Positions 17,946 through 26,147 of a stretch of DNA of 29,880 nt are shown one piece after another. Numbering within the stretch: the first letter of the stretch is position 1; each line of letters begins with the position of its first letter. The DNA is from Fibrobacterota bacterium (GTDB lineage Bacteria > Fibrobacterota > Fibrobacteria > UBA11236), in the NCBI GenBank assembly GCA_043753995.1, contig JAYUVP010000310.1, positions 1 to 29,880 of the forward strand. The letters run 5' to 3'. Both the position numbers and the translations under genes were made by a program. Below the pieces are notes generated by a model. That model was not told the origin of the DNA, made no database searches, and saw only the letters and a list, made by a program, of their open reading frames with translations.

Positions 17946-19412
17946 TCAGGCCTTTGCGGCTGCAACCGGCTTGGCCACAGCGGCCTTGGCGATATCGCGT
18001 AGCGCTTCGGCGGTGGGACGGCCATAGGTCACGGGCTCCATGACGGGCTCAGATTTTTGAGCTAAGCCGTCCTTGTTCACGTAGGTGCCGCTTTGCTCAT
18101 AGGCCGTCAAGGTGGGAATAGCCACGCTCACGTTACCGTTACGCAGAAGTTTCCCATCGCCGAAGTCGAGCAGAATCACGTTCTCGGCCTTGGCCAAGAT
18201 TTCGGCCAATTCCGGCGTCGCTTCGGAGCCGGGAATGCCATGAACCAAAAGCACGGTGCCCAGCTTACCAGTGTTGGCAACTGCAGCCAGGGCCTTCAGC
18301 GAAGCCTCGGGCTCAACGCCGAGAGCAGCGACCAAGCCATTGCGATTGGGATTCTTGTCGCCGGAAATGGTGAAGCCCGGAAAGACTTGATCCTCGCCCT
18401 TGGCCTTGGCATAACCATGCAGGGGCAGACCAAAGGCTTCGGAGGTTTGCTTAGCGGCGGCAATCGCTTCATTCGAAGCCCAAGCCGAAACCACCACCGC
18501 GCTATTGCCCTTGCGCAAAAGCTCGCCCGCACGCAGCACAGCGTCTTTATAAACCGCGTCGCGATCGTCAATCTTGGGCTTGTGCAGGCGCTTCTCATAG
18601 ACATAGTCGAAGCTGAGGCGGCCATGATCGCACATCCACGATTTGTTCACCGCGTCATTTTGGCGCGGGACAATACGCTTGATCTTTTCCTTGGCGTCGA
18701 GATCGACGCGGGTATTGCAGCCCACGGCGCATTCGACGCATTGCGAAGGCTTGTCATGCAAATGCCAGACGCGACTCTGATAGAGAAAGTCCGAGGAGAC
18801 CAAGGCGCCTACCGGACAAATGTCCACCACATTCATGGACAAGGGATTGTCGAGCACCTGGCCAGGGAACAAGGCGATTTCGCTGCGATCGCCGCGATAA
18901 ATCACATTGAGTTCGCCTTGTCCGCTCACTTCACTGGTGAAGCGCACGCAACGCGTGCAGACGATGCAACGCGAACCCCAGTATTTCACGTGAGGGCCGA
19001 AAGTGGCCTTGCTCTTGACCACTTTCTCTTCGTGAAAGCGGCCATGATCGCGGCCATGATCGAAGCTGTAATCTTGGAGCTTGCATTCCCCTGCTTGATC
19101 GCATTCGGGGCAATCCAGCGGATGATTGATGAGCAAGAATTCCATCACGCCCTTGCGGGCTTCTTCGACGTCCTTGCCGGAGGTGGTGACTTCCATGCCT
19201 TCGGCCACGGGTTGGGCGCAGGCCACCACTGGGCGCGGCGCGCCCTTGAGGCCCACCATGCAAATGCGGCAATTGCCCGCGATGGAAAGATTTTCGTGAT
19301 AGCAATAATGGGGAATTTCAATGCCGTTTTCCTGGGCGGCCTTGATGACGGTCCATTCGGCGGGAACGGTGAGGTCGCGCCCGTCGATCTTGATTTTCAC
19401 TTCCTTGCCCAT
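17946..19412 (-). CDS. nuoG: NADH dehydrogenase subunit G (short form)
   Basis: CYH...GNCRICMV...AC, HPLDCPECDQAGEC, CIVCTRC...DICPVGAL, CVECAVGC...C. Confidence 0.9.
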   Translation of the reverse strand: MGKEVKIKIDGRDLTVPAEWTVIKAAQENGIEIPHYCYHENLSIAGNCRICMVGLKGAPRPVVACAQPVAEGMEVTTSGKDVEEARKGVMEFLLINHPLDCPECDQAGECKLQDYSFDHGRDHGRFHEEKVVKSKATFGPHVKYWGSRCIVCTRCVRFTSEVSGQGELNVIYRGDRSEIALFPGQVLDNPLSMNVVDICPVGALVSSDFLYQSRVWHLHDKPSQCVECAVGCNTRVDLDAKEKIKRIVPRQNDAVNKSWMCDHGRLSFDYVYEKRLHKPKIDDRDAVYKDAVLRAGELLRKGNSAVVVSAWASNEAIAAAKQTSEAFGLPLHGYAKAKGEDQVFPGFTISGDKNPNRNGLVAALGVEPEASLKALAAVANTGKLGTVLLVHGIPGSEATPELAEILAKAENVILLDFGDGKLLRNGNVSVAIPTLTAYEQSGTYVNKDGLAQKSEPVMEPVTYGRPTAEALRDIAKAAVAKPVAAAKA

Positions 19413-19413
19413 G

Positions 19414-20850
19414 TCAAATCCGATCCATTCCTAGGCCGACCTCAAGCACCGAGGGAGCCGTATGCGTTCGCGTGGCCTCTTTGGCCGGGGCTGTCATCTC
19501 ATCGCGGAAACTGCGCGACTTTTCTTCGAGAGCCTTATCATGCAGCTTCTTTTCGAATTCACCACGGAAGTGCTGCAAAAACCCTTGCATGGGCATAGCG
19601 GCCGCGTCGGCGAGCACGCAAATGGTGCGTCCACGCATGTTCTTGCAAACATCGCCGATCAATTCGAGGTCGCCTTGGCGACCATGGCCATGGGCCACGC
19701 GATGCGCCAGTTTTTCCAGCCAACCCGTACCTTCACGGCAAGGCGTGCATTGGCCGCAGCTCTCGTGATGATAAAAGCGCATGGTATTGTAAATGGTGTC
19801 CACGAGATCGACATCTTCGTTCAGCACCGTGATGCCGCCCGAACCGAGCATCGATCCCAAGCCGGCCAAGGACTCATAGTCGAGCGTGCACTTGCCCACC
19901 ATTTCTGGAGTCAAGACGGGCGCGGACAAGCCACCAGGAATGACGGCCTTCATCTTTTTACCGCCGCGAAGTCCGCCGCCATAATCGTTGATGAAGGAAT
20001 CCATGGTAATGCCCAGCGGCACTTCATAGACACCGGGCTTATTGACTTGGCCCGACAAGCAGAAAATCTTATAGCCGGGGCTCTTTTCCGTGCCCCATTG
20101 TTTATGCCAAGCCGCGCCATTCTTCACGATATGCGAGATGTTGGCGATGGTCTCGACATTGTTCACGATGGTGGGGCATTTGAATAGGCCCGACACCGCC
20201 GGGAAAGGCGGCTTGATCTTGGGATAGCCGCGTCCGCCTTCGATAGACGAAAGCATGCCCGTCTCTTCGCCGCAGATATAGGCGCCTGCGCCGCGCATCA
20301 CGGTGATGGTGATGTCGAAGTCTTTGCCGAAAGGGTTTTTGCCGCACAGGCCCTTGGCCTTGGCCTCGCGCACCGCTGCTTCTAGGCGCTCATAGCCTAG
20401 AATGAATTCGCCGCGCAAATAGACAAAAGCATGATGGCTCTGAATCGCCCAGCACGTGATGATGATGCCTTCTATGAGCTGATGCGGATCTTTTTCGAGA
20501 ATGTGCCGGTCTTTGAAAGTACCGGGCTCACTCTCGTCGGCATTCACCGCGAGATAGGCGGGCTTGCCCGTGCCCTTGGCCAGAAAGCTCCACTTTTTGC
20601 CGGTGGGGAAACCCGCACCGCCGCGTCCGCGCAAGCCCGAGTCGTCCACCAGCTTGACCAGGGTCGCCGGGTCGGTGACACCGACATGCTCGCGAGCCAC
20701 GGCATAACCGCCGCGCGCCAAATAATGGTCGAGAGTGTGCGAACCCTCTTCGTGAATGTGCGCCAGAATAACCGGCTTGAAAGGCACCACCGGCTTGGGC
20801 TCAGGTACAGGAGCGGCGGGCGCCGCTTGAGGGGCAGGTGCGTCAGCCAT
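19414..20850 (-). CDS. nuoF: NADH dehydrogenase subunit F
   Basis: GLRGRGGAGFPTG, NADESEPGTFKDR, GAGAYICGEET, ESCGQCTPCREG. Confidence 0.96.
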   Translation of the reverse strand: MADAPAPQAAPAAPVPEPKPVVPFKPVILAHIHEEGSHTLDHYLARGGYAVAREHVGVTDPATLVKLVDDSGLRGRGGAGFPTGKKWSFLAKGTGKPAYLAVNADESEPGTFKDRHILEKDPHQLIEGIIITCWAIQSHHAFVYLRGEFILGYERLEAAVREAKAKGLCGKNPFGKDFDITITVMRGAGAYICGEETGMLSSIEGGRGYPKIKPPFPAVSGLFKCPTIVNNVETIANISHIVKNGAAWHKQWGTEKSPGYKIFCLSGQVNKPGVYEVPLGITMDSFINDYGGGLRGGKKMKAVIPGGLSAPVLTPEMVGKCTLDYESLAGLGSMLGSGGITVLNEDVDLVDTIYNTMRFYHHESCGQCTPCREGTGWLEKLAHRVAHGHGRQGDLELIGDVCKNMRGRTICVLADAAAMPMQGFLQHFRGEFEKKLHDKALEEKSRSFRDEMTAPAKEATRTHTAPSVLEVGLGMDRI

Positions 20851-21628
20851 GTTTCGTACTCTCGTGCGGGTTCAAAGGTTTCAGGCCGGAGTCGGCAACA
20901 GGAGAGGAGAACGGCGTATGTAACGGGCGCGGTACGGTAGTCGTACGGTTACCCTCGCCATCCTTGAAATAAGGATCTTTATCGTCGAAATGACGAGCAC
21001 CTTCTTCGCGCTCGCCTGCAAAGGTGTAATGCGAAGGCATCACTTCGACGCGTGCGTCCATTTTCACTGCAGCCTTGCCCTGATAGTCGGAAGCCTTCTT
21101 GCCCTCTTGGGCCAGCAGCTTATCGATATAGGTCGTGAGCTGCTCGCCCTTCATTTTGCAGAAATGCTCACTATCCTTTTGCACCACCGGAGGGCGATCG
21201 CAATCGGCCAAGCACTCGACTTTCTCGCAGGAGAAAAGCCCGTCACCGGTTCTTTCCCCAGCCTTGATGCCGAGCTTTTCGTGAATGGCCTTCAGCGCCT
21301 CATCGGTATTGCCGTCCAGCGCGCACATCAAGGTGGCGCAAATCATGAAACGGTGCTTGCCGTGAAAAGGCCGCTTATAATGGGTGTAAAAGGTGACCAT
21401 GCCTTGCACATGGGCCACCGGCACCTCGCATAAATCCGCGGCGATTTGCATGGCTTCGTCGGTGACCGAGGCGAATTCTTCCTCGACCAGGCGAATCACC
21501 ATCATCAACATCGAACGCTTATTGGGGTATTCCCCCAGCATTTCAAGAAACCGGTCCTTGCGCGGTCCGGTGAGACGCCCGAGGGCCGCTTGCGCGCGCG
21601 CTTCGGGAGAGGGCATAACTAGGCTCAT
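20843..21628 (-). CDS. nuoE: NADH dehydrogenase subunit E with C-terminal extension
   Basis: VTFY, ICATLMC, ECLADCDRPP [2Fe-2S] motifs. Start uncertain (21640/21628/21616). Confidence 0.9.
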   Translation of the reverse strand: MSLVMPSPEARAQAALGRLTGPRKDRFLEMLGEYPNKRSMLMMVIRLVEEEFASVTDEAMQIAADLCEVPVAHVQGMVTFYTHYKRPFHGKHRFMICATLMCALDGNTDEALKAIHEKLGIKAGERTGDGLFSCEKVECLADCDRPPVVQKDSEHFCKMKGEQLTTYIDKLLAQEGKKASDYQGKAAVKMDARVEVMPSHYTFAGEREEGARHFDDKDPYFKDGEGNRTTTVPRPLHTPFSSPVADSGLKPLNPHESTKHG

Positions 21629-21689
21629 GGATGGGGGCAAAAGGTACTTCCCCAGGGGGACAAAACGGAGTCATAGGCAGGGGGTGGAT

Positions 21690-21853
21690 AGAGCCGGTCT
21701 CAAAACTTATTTGTCGCACCAAGCCCGAGCGAGAACGAGTTCAGCGCGAAGCCCGAAGCAGCGATATTGGCCCGAAATATCGCGATGGAGGGCGACAAAG
21801 CTGGGCGAAGTTCGCAGCCGGGCGACTGCAAAAGGAGTTTTGAGATCGGCTCT
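21690..21853. mobile_element. MITE-like palindromic element, family 1, copy 1
   Basis: TIRs AGAGCCGGTCTCAAAACT / AGTTTTGAGATCGGCTCT (17/18); internal stems such as GCGATATT/AATATCGC; TA at both junctions; second copy at 29830. Confidence 0.8.
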
Positions 21854-21854
21854 T

Positions 21855-21988
21855 AGGTCACCCGTCGGCGAAGGGCGAGCGAAAAAGTCGGAGACAAGGC
21901 GCGTGAGGGCGCGCTATTCGGAGATATAACGCAACCGAGCGCAACGCAGTATCCGACTTTTGCAGCCGGCCGAAGCCAGGAAGGACCT
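21855..21988. mobile_element. MITE-like palindromic element, family 2
   Basis: Ends AGGTC/GACCT; internal perfect IR AAAAGTCGGA (21883-92)/TCCGACTTTT (21952-61); TTA at both junctions. Single copy in this window. Confidence 0.55.
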
Positions 21989-22012
21989 TATCCACCCCCT
22001 GCTTTCGGAGTA

Positions 22013-22120
22013 TCGGGGGCTCCCGCCACCACCCCGAGGCCCACCTGCCGCCCCCCGGTTCGGCCTGCAATTTCGCCACTTTGCGGCGAGCCCTTGTCGG
22101 CCTCCCCGCCCCCGGGGAAC
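22013..22120. repeat. Diverged REP-like repeat, copy C
   Basis: Shares TCGGGGGC, CCGCCCCCCGGTTCGGCCTGC (21/21 with copy B) and GTCGGCCTC, in the same order but with different spacers. Confidence 0.65.
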
Positions 22121-22380
22121 TTTTGCTTGCCGAATTGTCTTGCATGCCCCCAAACCCATTTGGGCGGAGCAACACGGGGCGTGTTGTGAGTCAAAACGGG
22201 GGAAGAGAAGAAAAAAGCGGGCGGGCAAGAAATTTTCCAAAGACAACAAAATCCCTCAAGTCGAATTGGCCATGTAGAAAAGGCGCATCTCAAAAGCATC
22301 CGTAGCGCAGAGGATGCGTACCCGTCGGTCGGAATTGGATCGGTTATTAGATCCCGAGAATTCCTCTTTATTCAATACTT

Positions 22381-22809
22381 TTACTTTTCCAATATTTTTT
22401 TCAGGTTAACCAGCATGGCTTCCCACATGCTCTCGGAATGCTTCTGGCCTTTTTCCGTTGAATTATTGTCCTGAGATAGTTCGAGAATCGTGGTTTCCTT
22501 TGTTTCGGTTATCTCAAATGTCATAGTATGATAATTTTCTGGTAGGTCCGGAAGTCCAGCCAGGGGGCTGAAGTGAGTGTATTGGAGAAGGCTGCCTGGA
22601 AGCGCTTTAAGAATAACGCCTTTGTCTTCGTATTGCTTTCCCTCCCACAAGCCTTTCCAAGTGATTGGATCTCCTTCCGCCCAACTTGAATTGACTTCCG
22701 TTCCAAACATAAATTGTTTGATTATTTCGGGATTGACCAATGCATTCCATAACTCAGTTGCAGTAACATCGATAGAAATTGATGATTTAGCGATATAGTC
22801 ATTTTCCAT
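22381..22809 (-). CDS. SRPBCC/AHSA1-like protein (low GC)
   Basis: AGGAGG before ATG 22809; LWNALVNPEIIKQFMFGT, YEDKGVIL, HSESMWEAML. Confidence 0.88.
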   Translation of the reverse strand: MENDYIAKSSISIDVTATELWNALVNPEIIKQFMFGTEVNSSWAEGDPITWKGLWEGKQYEDKGVILKALPGSLLQYTHFSPLAGLPDLPENYHTMTFEITETKETTILELSQDNNSTEKGQKHSESMWEAMLVNLKKILEK

Positions 22810-23129
22810 AAAAGGCCTCCTTTGATTTTCAGGCCACAAGACAAGCTAATACAAATAACTTGCAATTCGGCCTTTCCTGCCGCTACATTCCAATTGCTTT
22901 CAATCTCAATTAGATATTTCGATCCTTTCTACAAAAATCATCTACAAATTAATTCTCACGTTCCAATACGGAGAATGGGAAAGGCAATAATTAACCCCTT
23001 GATCATCAATAGACTCACATTCAATAAAATATCGGCCATTATGAATTTTTTAAAAAGGCTTAACATCGATTTGATGTGATTCATGCGTCAAGACCTTTGA
23101 TTTGAAAGTCCAATGGCACCACCCTACCC

Positions 23130-25163
23130 CTATTTCGCTTTCGCGCGAAAGGATTTGCGACCCACGAAATCCCGAGGCATCCTACTCGCATCCACCCATA
23201 TCCCCGTAGCCGAGCAGCTACGCAGCAATGCGCGGCGAGCCTTCAAAACAGGACGCGCCGAGAGGTTATTGCCTCTTACCGGGGAAGCCAAGATGAGGCT
23301 AGAATTGCCGACCACATAAACCTTGCCTCCTGAAAAGGCAGCACTGCGAAGCGCCCCAAAGTAGGGCAAGAGGATGGGGCTCCAGGATTCGCCAGCATCT
23401 TGAGTTTCCCAATGCAAGTCCTGGCCCATGGCCAAGCCTATTTGGGCATCGGAAAAGGTCACAGCATAAAATGAGCCTTGGCCTTGCCCGGAAGCAGTGC
23501 GTGGTGACCAAGTTCGGCCGCCATCCACGGTCTTGAGCAGGCTAGCCTTGCCGCCCGCGACAAAACCGGTGGTAGCATTTAAAAAATGCACCGCGGTCAA
23601 GAGATCCTTGGTCCCGGCCTCCATTGTCATCCAATTCATTCCGGCATCGAGGGTCTTCAGCAAGGCTCCCGAGTCACCGACAGCATATCCGGTATTTTCG
23701 TCCGAAAAATGAACGGCTCGTAACGCTTGCGAAGTTCCTGAAATTCGTGGGTTCCACGTTTTTCCCCCGTCCATGCTGCGGAAAATGGATCCGCCATTTC
23801 CAACGGCAATTCCGATTTCGGGTGTGGCAAACCACAAAGCTCGCAGAGGTTGACTATTACTAAGGATCGGCTGGGTCCAGGTGACGCCGCCATCTTCGGT
23901 GCGCAGCAAGTGGAGGGAGTCGGTGCCGACGAGAAAACCCAAGCGTGAGGTAATGAAATAAACACCGGAAAAGTTTTCGTAGCCACCGGGTGTAGGAATG
24001 GATTCCCATTGATTTCCACCATTGGAAGTTTTAACGACTTGCCCTGCAATGCCCACGGCGAATCCCGTATCGACGCTCGGGAAATGGACGGAATGAAATT
24101 CATAGGGATTCGCAACCGAAAAACATTCCAACCAGTCTTTGCTTTCGCCAGTGCGAAGAATTTGCGAATGGGTACCGCCTGCAAAACCAAGGCGATGACC
24201 TTCCGGACTGAGGCCACCCATGCGAAAGGTGTTCATATTTCTCACATTATTGAATTTGCGCACGGTCCAGGTTTGTCCACCGTCCACAGTTTCAGCCAAA
24301 CCATCCTTCCCCAGGGACCAACCGGTATCCGGATGCGTAAATCGCATGTCCATCCAGTAGGAGCTGGGGGGCGCGGGTATCGAATCCCAAGTGATACCAC
24401 CGTCTCGGGTTTTAAGGCAGAAGCGTTGACTTGAGGTGGGGCCGATTCGAAAGCCAAGTGAATATCCGGTGCGGGCATCGGCAAATCGCATGGCGAGTAT
24501 GCTGTCATGATAGAGTGTGGCTTCGGGCATGCCGATGCGGGCATCTTGCCAACTTTCGCCGCCATTGCGCGTCATCGTCACGTAATAATCCGCTTTCGGA
24601 ATAGATGGCAGCCGCAGGGCAAAACCCGTGTCGCGATGAATAAAGTGAAGACCGGTGATGGCTCCTTTGGCGCTTTGAGTAGGGACGGTTAAGGGGATCC
24701 AGCTGACTCCCCCGTCGGTACTTTTCCAAATGCCGGGCTTTCCCGTGGATCCCGATACATAGGCTGCTTCCCGTGTCGGATAGGCAATAGAACCGAAATA
24801 CGTGGTGGTTGGAAATGTCGTCGCCGTCCAACTTTCTCCCCCATCGTCGGTGCGCAAAAGTCCGGTACTGAAAGCGACCAAGCCATGTTCAGGGTCAGCG
24901 AAATCTACGGCATGAAAGTCGGTCGTTGCCGATATCCCTGGGGTTAATAACTGGGACCAATTTTTCCCAGCATTGCGCGAACGGAGAAGAAGCTTGTTAT
25001 CGCCCACCGCCAAAATTTGCTGCGGCGAAGCCATGTCCAAGTCAAGAATATTCCCGCTGAATTGACCGCGCTGCACATCCCAAGAAGCCGTCCATGCTTG
25101 CGACAATTCCGCCAGACAAACCATCACCGACAAAACAGAAAGAAGTGAATTTGTGACTTGCAT
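23130..25163 (-). CDS. Secreted YCF48-like / Asp-box beta-propeller protein with basic C-terminal tail
   Basis: Signal peptide (MQVTNSLL...SQA); about 13 [ST]xDGGxxW repeats. Confidence 0.85.
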   Translation of the reverse strand: MQVTNSLLSVLSVMVCLAELSQAWTASWDVQRGQFSGNILDLDMASPQQILAVGDNKLLLRSRNAGKNWSQLLTPGISATTDFHAVDFADPEHGLVAFSTGLLRTDDGGESWTATTFPTTTYFGSIAYPTREAAYVSGSTGKPGIWKSTDGGVSWIPLTVPTQSAKGAITGLHFIHRDTGFALRLPSIPKADYYVTMTRNGGESWQDARIGMPEATLYHDSILAMRFADARTGYSLGFRIGPTSSQRFCLKTRDGGITWDSIPAPPSSYWMDMRFTHPDTGWSLGKDGLAETVDGGQTWTVRKFNNVRNMNTFRMGGLSPEGHRLGFAGGTHSQILRTGESKDWLECFSVANPYEFHSVHFPSVDTGFAVGIAGQVVKTSNGGNQWESIPTPGGYENFSGVYFITSRLGFLVGTDSLHLLRTEDGGVTWTQPILSNSQPLRALWFATPEIGIAVGNGGSIFRSMDGGKTWNPRISGTSQALRAVHFSDENTGYAVGDSGALLKTLDAGMNWMTMEAGTKDLLTAVHFLNATTGFVAGGKASLLKTVDGGRTWSPRTASGQGQGSFYAVTFSDAQIGLAMGQDLHWETQDAGESWSPILLPYFGALRSAAFSGGKVYVVGNSSLILASPVRGNNLSARPVLKARRALLRSCSATGIWVDASRMPRDFVGRKSFRAKAK

Positions 25164-25252
25164 GGCAGTAAAAGTACGACCGTCACTAGGGCGGTAACGC
25201 GAAATCAAGCGCATGAGACATTGCATAAAAAGCGCCGTTTCGATGCCTTGTC

Positions 25253-25278
25253 AATACTTAGCTAATTGGCTAAGTATT
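25253..25278. promoter_or_regulatory. Probable ArsR-family operator
   Basis: AATACTTAGC-taattg-GCTAAGTATT palindrome 4 nt before the arsR-like ATG, preceded by TTGTCA. Confidence 0.75.
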
Positions 25279-25282
25279 TTCC

Positions 25283-25609
25283 ATGCAAGCGCAATTGACC
25301 CTAGACCCAACCTTTCGTGCCTTGGCCGACCCTACCCGGCTGGCCATGATTGAGAGGCTTTGCCATGGCGCCGCATCGATGACCGAGCTGGCCGGACCGC
25401 TGACGATGAAATTGCCTTCGGTCGCCAAACACCTCGACATTCTCGAATTCGCAGGCCTCGTGAGGTCGGAAAAAAACGGACGCGTCCGCACCTATTCCGT
25501 CGTGCCCGAAAAGCTTCGCGTGGCGGAAAACTGGCTTCAAAAGCAACGCCGGGTTTGGGAGCGTCGACTCGATCGTCTGGATGCCTATCTCGAAATCATG
25601 AAGGAGTGA
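25283..25609 (+). CDS. ArsR/SmtB-family regulator
   Basis: FRALADPTR, VAKHLDILEFAGLV, GRVRTY, WERRLDRL. Confidence 0.92.
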   Translation: MQAQLTLDPTFRALADPTRLAMIERLCHGAASMTELAGPLTMKLPSVAKHLDILEFAGLVRSEKNGRVRTYSVVPEKLRVAENWLQKQRRVWERRLDRLDAYLEIMKE

Positions 25610-25614
25610 AAACC

Positions 25615-26094
25615 ATGAAGCCCACCCTCAATCCCGAACTCGACCTCGTCCTGGAACGTCACACCAAGGCTTCGCCTGAAAAGGTCTGGAAAGCCTGGAC
25701 CACACCGGAGCACCTCAAACAATGGTTTTGCCCTCGGCCATGGACAGTCACCCATTGCGCGCTTGATTTGCGGCCTGGCGGCAAATTCGAATTCACCATG
25801 CGTTCGCCAGAGGGTCAGGAGTTTCCAAATACGGGCTGCATCCTGGATGTGGAAGAGAATCGCCGTCTCGTTTGGACCGATGCCTTACAACCTGGTTACC
25901 GCCCTTCGGCCGAGCCTTTTTTCACAGCCATGATTTTCATCGAGCCCGATGGCAAAGGCGGTACGAATTACACGGCCTATGCCGTGCACCGGGATCCGGA
26001 GAGCAAGAAAAAGCATGAGGACATGGGCTTTCACCAAGGCTGGGGCACGGTATTCGATCAAATGGTGGAATTCATCGAGCAGAATTTGAAATGA
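25615..26094 (+). CDS. SRPBCC/AHSA1-like protein
   Basis: AAGGAG then ATG 25615; VWKAWTTPEHLKQWFCP, DLRPGG, HEDMGFHQGWG. Confidence 0.92.
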   Translation: MKPTLNPELDLVLERHTKASPEKVWKAWTTPEHLKQWFCPRPWTVTHCALDLRPGGKFEFTMRSPEGQEFPNTGCILDVEENRRLVWTDALQPGYRPSAEPFFTAMIFIEPDGKGGTNYTAYAVHRDPESKKKHEDMGFHQGWGTVFDQMVEFIEQNLK

Positions 26095-26110
26095 GGTAAG
26101 GGGGTAGGAA

Positions 26111-26144
26111 TGGCGCGAAGTTTGGGTAGCCAGACTCTGCGCCA
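26111..26144. terminator. Hairpin between convergent genes (possible terminator)
   Basis: TGGCGCGAAGTTTGG-gtag-CCAGACTCTGCGCCA imperfect stem. Confidence 0.4.
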
Positions 26145-26147
26145 AAC

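Larger units (their letters stand above)
21677..22002. repeat. Outer perfect 14-bp inverted repeat enclosing two palindromic elements
   Basis: GCAGGGGGTGGATA (21677-21690) and TATCCACCCCCTGC (21989-22002). Confidence 0.9.

Noticed and set aside
18093..20940. Long plus-strand ORFs (501, 241, 169 aa) antisense to nuoG/nuoF
   Set aside because: Shadow ORFs expected from biased codon usage on the coding strand; no recognisable motifs.
21677..22120. Possible CRISPR array or tRNA
   Set aside because: Repeats are inverted and nested, not direct with regular spacers; no cas genes; no cloverleaf or T-loop signature.
21631..22305. Several 70-110 aa ORFs across the repeat cluster
   Set aside because: Low-complexity translations of GC-rich palindromes; no DDE or HUH transposase motifs.
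22822..23079. 85-aa plus-strand ORF in the low-GC region
   Set aside because: No SD or motif; more likely decayed or non-coding DNA.
23130..25163. YCF48-like protein as evidence of photosynthesis or sialidase activity
   Set aside because: Asp-box propellers are widespread in non-phototrophs, and no catalytic signature was identified.
25360..25614. N-terminal 85 aa of the 244-aa ORF, suggesting an ArsR-SRPBCC overlap
   Set aside because: Alternative frame of arsR; the SRPBCC gene has its own SD and ATG at 25615.
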